Source: Eledone cirrhosa (taxonomy: Eukaryota). Taken from it: 64,000 nucleotides of DNA. The notes below the pieces were generated by a model. The model worked only from the letters and a program-made list of their open reading frames with translations, did not search any database and was not told where the DNA came from. The translations under genes and the position numbers were made by a program. Of this stretch, positions 58,368 to 64,000 are shown one piece after another. Location of the stretch: contig OZ024751.1 of the NCBI GenBank assembly GCA_964016885.1, positions 35,588,001-35,652,000 on the forward strand, given 5' to 3'. Positions within the stretch are counted from its first letter, which is position 1. Each line of letters starts with the position of its first letter.

Positions 58368-58462
58368 TCATTGCTTGTATCTAACTTCAAATCCTGGTGC
58401 TGCTGGGCAGAATATTTGCAATTGGCCTGTTACCTTTTTCAGTTGGCTTATATCAACAATAT
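58368..58462 (-). CDS. TERB2: TERB2 last coding exon (DIVDISQLKKVTGQLQIFCPAAPGFEVRYKQ*)
   Basis: TTTCCACAG acceptor and TGA stop. Resembles the TERB2 C-terminal MAJIN-binding segment as recalled (IDAMKKFLGELHDFIPG). Spliced CDS from 61780 is 669 nt = 222 aa. Confidence 0.82.
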
Positions 58463-58706
58463 CTGTGGAAATAAACAACATATAAGTTCCCTTCCTAGGT
58501 GTAAGTCCAGGCAAGGTTGGTTGTGTGGAAGATGATGATGGTGATGAAGACAATTCTAAAGATATTGGTGGTGGTAGTGGTGATGTTGATAATGATGATG
58601 GTGGTGCTGATGATGGTCTTGTAACAGACAGTAACATCAGAAACTAGAGACAATGAACTATGACCAACACTGAAGAATATTTAGAAAAAAAAACAGCTAT
58701 CCTTAC

Positions 58707-58803
58707 CACATATGTTCTGATTGAAGCCAAATGGAAGTGGAACCTGGCAAGAAGAGGCTGGGATAGACTGCTGCTTAACTTCAAAATTAATCGCTTCATT
58801 CTC
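58707..58803 (-). CDS. TERB2: TERB2 coding exon 5 (ENEAINFEVKQQSIPASSCQVPLPFGFNQNIC)
   Basis: CATAG acceptor and GTAAGG donor, 97 nt. Phase 0 to 1 exactly bridges exons 4 and 6. Confidence 0.75.
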
Positions 58804-59153
58804 CTATGATAGAACATAAAGTTAATTAGAGAGGCACAGTGGCTGAATTTCTGGAGGGAGGGGAAAGGCTTTTGGCTTTCACATGCTTTGAAATAGGAGA
58901 TTGATGAATGGTAGGTCTGGAGGAAAAGGCAGTGCCCATGGCCTTTACAGGCCCTTCAAGACAGAAGGTAATTCTGGAGGGAGGAGCTGTGTTTACGGTC
59001 TTCTCAGGCCCTCTAAGACAGACCTGGACAAAGGTTGTGAAGAGCTGACCTGAAATCGCTAAGACTGGCAGAGATGATGAAGGAACATGACAAGTGGAGA
59101 GATGCTGTGCTGAGGAGGACCTGTCCAACTCATGCAAGTATGGAATATTTTAC

Positions 59154-59344
59154 CTTCATATTACAGGTGGCATCCATTTCGTCGGAATCGTCTTCTATGA
59201 CTATCACTTCTGGATCATCTTCAGCATTACCATCCTTGTCTTCGCCATCTTCAATTTTCCTAATCTTATTTGGAGAACCATGGTAAACATTCATATATTT
59301 TGTAAATCTTTTATAATTGTTATGATTCAGCAACAGCTGAAAAT
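59154..59344 (-). CDS. TERB2: TERB2 coding exon 4 (DFQLLLNHNNYKRF...EDDSDEMDATCNMK), acidic linker
   Basis: TTTCCAG acceptor and AAG|GTAAAA donor, 191 nt, phase 1 to 0, open frame (ORF 59130..59333). Confidence 0.8.
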
Positions 59345-60043
59345 CTGGAAAGAAATATTATAAACAGAAAAAAAGATATCATTATTTCTTTGGCAGTATC
59401 GGTAGAGGGTCAGATGCCATGCTTTCCAGCATAGTTACGTCCCTTTACGATCTGAGTTCAAATACCGCCGAGGTTGACTTTGCCTTTCATCCTTACAGGG
59501 TCGATAAAATAAAGTACCAGTAATACACTGGGTAATTGCTGGCCTTCTGCCAAAAGTAGAAACAATTGTTTCTATGTCCACTTTTCCATGTTGGCATGGG
59601 TTGGACAGGATGGTTTGAGAGAATGTTTTATACCTAAATATCTTTCCTGATGCAAACTCTTTTAGTCACATCTTACCACCTGCTAGGGCACGGTGCAATT
59701 ATTCTGAAAACCAGGATAGACACAACACATCTCTCTCTCTACATGTATTAGATAGATCACGTCTTGCTCATACAATGTTTTTAGCTTGATGCCCTTTCTA
59801 ATGACCCAATTACATCATGTATTGGGAGCATTTTATCATGCATGACTGGCACTAGAAGCTTACAGGGTAGACTGGGTGCTTTTTTGTTGTGATCTATAAT
59901 AAAAAAAATATGATAATGATAATGAATGTGCATGTATAGTACATAGAATAATGTACATAAACAAGACCATTATTCTTCTATTTACCATCGATAAGTACCC
60001 TAAATATAGATACACTATATATATATAATAGATAGATGCTTAC

Positions 60044-60183
60044 CTTCTTGAACATCTTTTGGGTTCAAAATATATGAAAACAAAGCCACCTTCGATGCGT
60101 CCCCAACAAACAAACAGGCATGGATGTAGGAAGGATGGATAATGGCTGCTGATAGCTTCAGGTATATTGGATTAGAGAAGATT
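60044..60183 (-). CDS. TERB2: TERB2 coding exon 3 (IFSNPIYLKLSAAIIHPSYIHACLFVGDASKVALFSYILNPKDVQE)
   Basis: TTTTCTAG acceptor and GTAAGC donor, 140 nt, phase 2 to 1. HxxY and VALxxYILxP pattern as in TERB2. Confidence 0.88.
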
Positions 60184-60237
60184 CTAGAAAATAATTTATT
60201 TCATTCCAATTAGTGGACTGTCTTAATTGCTATTGTG

Positions 60238-60762
60238 GAACACAAACACACATACTATTGTACACACACAGATAGTGTTGAACTCACACACACATACTAT
60301 TGTGTACACACAGATAGTGTTGAACACAAACACACATACTATTGAGTACAAACACAGATAGTGTTGAACTCACACACACATACTATTGTGTACACACAGA
60401 TAGTGTTGAACACAAACACACATACTATTGAGTACACACACAGATAGTGTTGAACTCACACACACATACTATTGTGTACACACAGATAGTGTTGAACACA
60501 AACACACATACTATTGAGTACACACACACAGATAGTGTTGAACTCACACACACATACTATTGTGTACACACAGATAGTGTTGAACACAAACACACATACT
60601 ATTGAGTACACACACAGATAGTGTTGAACACAAACACACATACTATTGAGTACACACACAGATAGTGTTGAACTCACACACACATACTATTGAGTACACA
60701 CACAGATAGTGTTGAACACAAATACACATACTATTGAGTACAAACACAGATAGTGTTGAACA
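60238..60762. repeat. ~40-bp minisatellite in TERB2 intron 2
   Basis: CAGATAGTGTTGAAC...CATACTATTG repeated about 13 times. Confidence 0.9.
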
Positions 60763-60828
60763 GGCGTCACACTGTCACCCGTTTCTACATAGAGAGAAAT
60801 AAAGTTACACAACAACAAAACAGTTTAA

Positions 60829-61028
60829 CCCTTTAGCCTTCACATTACTCTATATTTACTATTGTATGTTCATGGTAAACACTTTATCTCACATAATATT
60901 GAATCTATGATATTATTCATTTTGCAAACAATACCTTAACATAAGTATGAGTGGCCAGTTACAGCTGGTTTAAACAGAAAAAGGTGAGAGAATTCTGGCC
61001 GGATATAGCCGGTTTAAATGCTAATGGG
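60829..61028. mobile_element. piggyBac-type MITE, same family as 53421-53707, opposite orientation
   Basis: TTAA-CCCTTTAGC...TAAATGCTAATGGG-TTAA. Confidence 0.72.
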
Positions 61029-61037
61029 TTAACTTAC

Positions 61038-61119
61038 TTGGCCGTATCAACGGATGTGGCATCACAACTGAAGAGATAATCAGCAGTTTCAAAAGGACTT
61101 TTCACACCTCCACAAGCCT
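61038..61119 (-). CDS. TERB2: TERB2 coding exon 2 (EACGGVKSPFETADYLFSCDATSVDTAK)
   Basis: TTTTCTAG acceptor and GTAAGT donor, 82 nt, phase 1 to 2. ADYLFSCDA matches the TERB2 ADFLFSCDA motif. Confidence 0.9.
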
Positions 61120-61517
61120 CTAGAAAACAGTTAAAGATATGTTGGAGGTTGGTTAAGTGAAATCTTCAACAGTAGTACAATACATAGATACATTGTACAT
61201 AAGTCTAATATACAAGGTTAAGTTTATCACCCTATGTTAAATCTACCAGTCAAGATTGAGCCTATCACCCAACTTCAATACATAGATACATCGTTCATGT
61301 CTAATACACAAGGTTAAGTCTATCACCCTAGATTAACCTTACCCCTTATATTTCATGATTGATAAAATCATTTCTAGCGTTATAAGCCGAAATTAAGTAG
61401 CGAGTTCAAAACTTCGATAGGCATCCAAAGTGTGAAAGTACTAGGGTTAATTCAGTTGACTTTTCACTCCCCACAAATTGCTGACCTTGTGTTTGAATTA
61501 GAAATCATTATTATTCA

Positions 61518-61710
61518 GGGCGGTGAATTGGCAGTATCGGTAGAGGGTTGGACGCCATGCTTTCTAGCATAGTTACGTCCCTTTACAGTCCGAGTTCAAA
61601 TCCCGCTGAGGTTAACTTTGCCTTTCATCCTTACGGGGTCGATAAAATAAAGTACCAGTAATGCACTGGGTAACTGCTGGCCTAGTGCCAAAGGTAGAAA
61701 CAATTATCAT
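61518..61710 (+). mobile_element. Full-length tRNA-derived SINE with Meta-like core; further copies near 2205, 14285, 20680, 30640, 46425, 56160, 58065, 59390 and 63060
   Basis: A box TGGCAGTATCGG, B box GAGTTCAAATCCC, core GCCTTTCATCC...GGTCGATAAAATAAAGTACC. Confidence 0.8.
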
Positions 61711-61716
61711 TCTTAC

Positions 61717-61780
61717 CCCACAATCTTATATTTGCAGGCTGTACATTTATTGAGAACCAGGCACGTAACCCTGAAAACAT
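61717..61780 (-). CDS. TERB2: TERB2 coding exon 1 (MFSGLRAWFSINVQPANIRLW); possible in-frame upstream starts at 61795 and 61840
   Basis: Manual translation resembles the vertebrate TERB2 N-terminus as recalled (MFQGQRGWF...FW). Ends at a GTAAGA donor in phase 1, joining the next exon in frame. Confidence 0.85.
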
Positions 61781-62444
61781 TGTAGCAGCTCCCATATCTC
61801 CAACTACAATATTGCTTCTTACTCCTTGTATTCCAGCCATCAGTAAATGGTAGGTAATCAGGTATGGCTGTTCAGAATTTACCTGTAATTAATTGGTAAA
61901 AACACACCTATAATTAGTGGGTAAAATAATCAACAAAGAAATATGTCATGTGATTGAAATTATTTACAAATTCTCTCATTATAATACTTGATTAATAAGT
62001 AAAATTGAAATGTGTGAGTGTATGTATGTTTGTGTTCAATTATGATCTGTAACTTAGCAGTTCAACAACAAAAGATCGATATAAGTAACTGGAGTCAATA
62101 TGATCGACTAAATACCCCCCCCCCCCACACACACACACACCAAAGGCGGTGCTCCAGCATGGCCATCGTCTAATGACTGAAGCCATACATAAACGAATAA
62201 GTAAACATTAAAAAAAAAAAACATTGGTGTGAGAAAAAGTAATACAAGGGAGATAACTTTCAAATGTCTAACTAGCCTAACTCATGGATGTTATATCTAG
62301 CTGATAGAGCTATGGCCATACTGGGGCAACCTGCTAATAATTACGAATGAAACAAATAGATAAAAATGAGTAAAAAAAAAAAGCAACAAACAAAAAAATA
62401 AAAATAAAAATAACGAAAGAATATACACAACTACACACAGCAAG

Positions 62445-62560
62445 GAACACGTAGTTAGACTGTCTGAGGAAAGAATCGCTGGACAGATTTTAGCGGCGAA
62501 ACCAACCGGTGGGAGACCCAAGAGTAGACCCTGAGCAAGATGGTTGGATAATAAGAAGAA
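62445..62560 (+). mobile_element. RTE LINE fragment
   Basis: Translation HVVRLSEERIAGQIL...GGRPKSRP*ARWLDN. Confidence 0.6.
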
Positions 62561-62771
62561 AAAGGGAACGCTGGTTGTTTCTAAATGTTTACTTGGAAAT
62601 TTTAAGACGCTCATGGCATCGCTGCGGGTGATAACGTGGCTACGACTCTGAAATAGCCAAGCATCCCTTGATACTACCGTAAAGCGAACCATCAACAGTA
62701 ACAAGATCCTTGTTGTCAGCGGCCCAGTACCACAGAGGGTGATAACAAGGCTAAAACCCCAAGTTACTAGA

Positions 62772-63830
62772 TGAATGAAAATATTCACAGGGACCACGGG
62801 TGAATCACAAAAATAAGCCACATTTTTGAGACAGAAAAAAAAAAAATGGTTTAGACGGAGCTTCAAATGTAGAGTTTGAAAATTACAGAAAAAAAAAATT
62901 ATGGAAATATACGTGGGATACCTATTTCTAATAAAAGACACTTCACCTGTTTGTTCAAATAATTTTGAAAAATAATCAATAAATTTGGAGGGGGTTTAGT
63001 AATATAACTTTCTAATTATTTAGCTGGTGATTGGAAAATAGCATTGGTTCTTTAATAAAATTGTTTCTACTTTTGGCACAAGGCCAGCAATTACCTAGTG
63101 CATTACTGGTACTTTATTTTATCGAACCCGTAACGATGAAAAGCAAAGTAAACATCGGCGGGATTTGAACTCAGGTGGTAAAGGGACATAACTCTATGCC
63201 GTAAAGCATGGCGTCCGATACCGCAAAAAAAAAAAAAAAAAAAGTTTGTCTGGTGACACGATAAAAAAAACGACCACACCTGTAAAGTGGTTAGTGCTGT
63301 TGCCACGACAAACAAGCACCCAGTCCACTCTGTAAATATATATTTGACTGTGGCCATGCTGGAGCACAGTTAGAGAGATTTAGTTGATCATATCGACTCT
63401 CCCTCCGCCCACACTACTTTTCGTTTCCAAGTCTGTACAGTAATTTTATAAGCTATCTTTTTGTGTGAAATAACTGGAAGGTTCATGGTAGAAACTGACG
63501 GAAGTCCACACCCACCACCTTTGGGACCTTGTCAATACAGCTTTTTATTTACAAACATCATTTCTAGAATTATACAAACAACATTATAGGACATCACTAA
63601 CATAAAACTTTATAGAAAAAGGAGTTTCTAGAAGAATGAAAATATTCACAGGGACCAGGGGTGAATTACAAAAATAAGCCACATTTTTGAGACAGAAAAA
63701 CAAAAAAGTTTAGGGTTTCAAATATAGTTTGAAAATACACGTGGGATACCTATTTCTACTAAAAGACACTTCACCTGTTTGTTCAAATAATTTTGAAAAA
63801 TAATCAATAATTTTGGAGGGGGGTTTAGTA
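62772..63830 (+). repeat. Local ~200-bp direct duplication (62772-63000 and 63635-63830)
   Basis: Both copies share GAATGAAAATATTCACAGGGACCA...GGAGGGGGTTTAGT. Confidence 0.8.
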
Positions 63831-64000
63831 AACACGTGTTGCATCATAGAACCAGGAACACATGTGCTTTGGTATTAAAGGCTTTAAAAAAAATACTTAT
63901 TTAAAATGAATATATAACATTTGTACAATAAAGTTGAGAACAATTTTAAAAAAATAGAAAATTTAGATTGAGAAGAATAAAAATGTAAAATGTTCTTTCG

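Overview
AT-rich, microsatellite-dense animal genomic DNA. The repeat landscape suggests a mollusc, probably an octopod cephalopod (inference). Two convergent intron-containing genes are supported. On the + strand, a large TPR-repeat protein gene has its last two exons at 36442-36701 and 37650-41006. On the - strand, a complete six-exon TERB2 gene (61780-58368, 222 aa, meiotic telomere bouquet protein) is missed by the ORF track. Nearly all other ORFs are simple-repeat artefacts. The window also holds a 3.8-kb 22-bp satellite, several minisatellites, tRNA-derived SINEs, RTE/CR1/R4/Tx1-like LINE remnants and MITEs. The most striking signal is a set of about seven sequence-distinct families of short elements embedded in (TA)n tracts. 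They carry type I hammerhead ribozyme folds (several complete), fold-back inversions that break at the ribozyme, and a shared downstream RCTCT...ATNGAGY stem-loop. They are most likely Penelope-like pseudo-LTR or retrozyme-like retroelements. All RNA structures were paired by eye; no searches were run.
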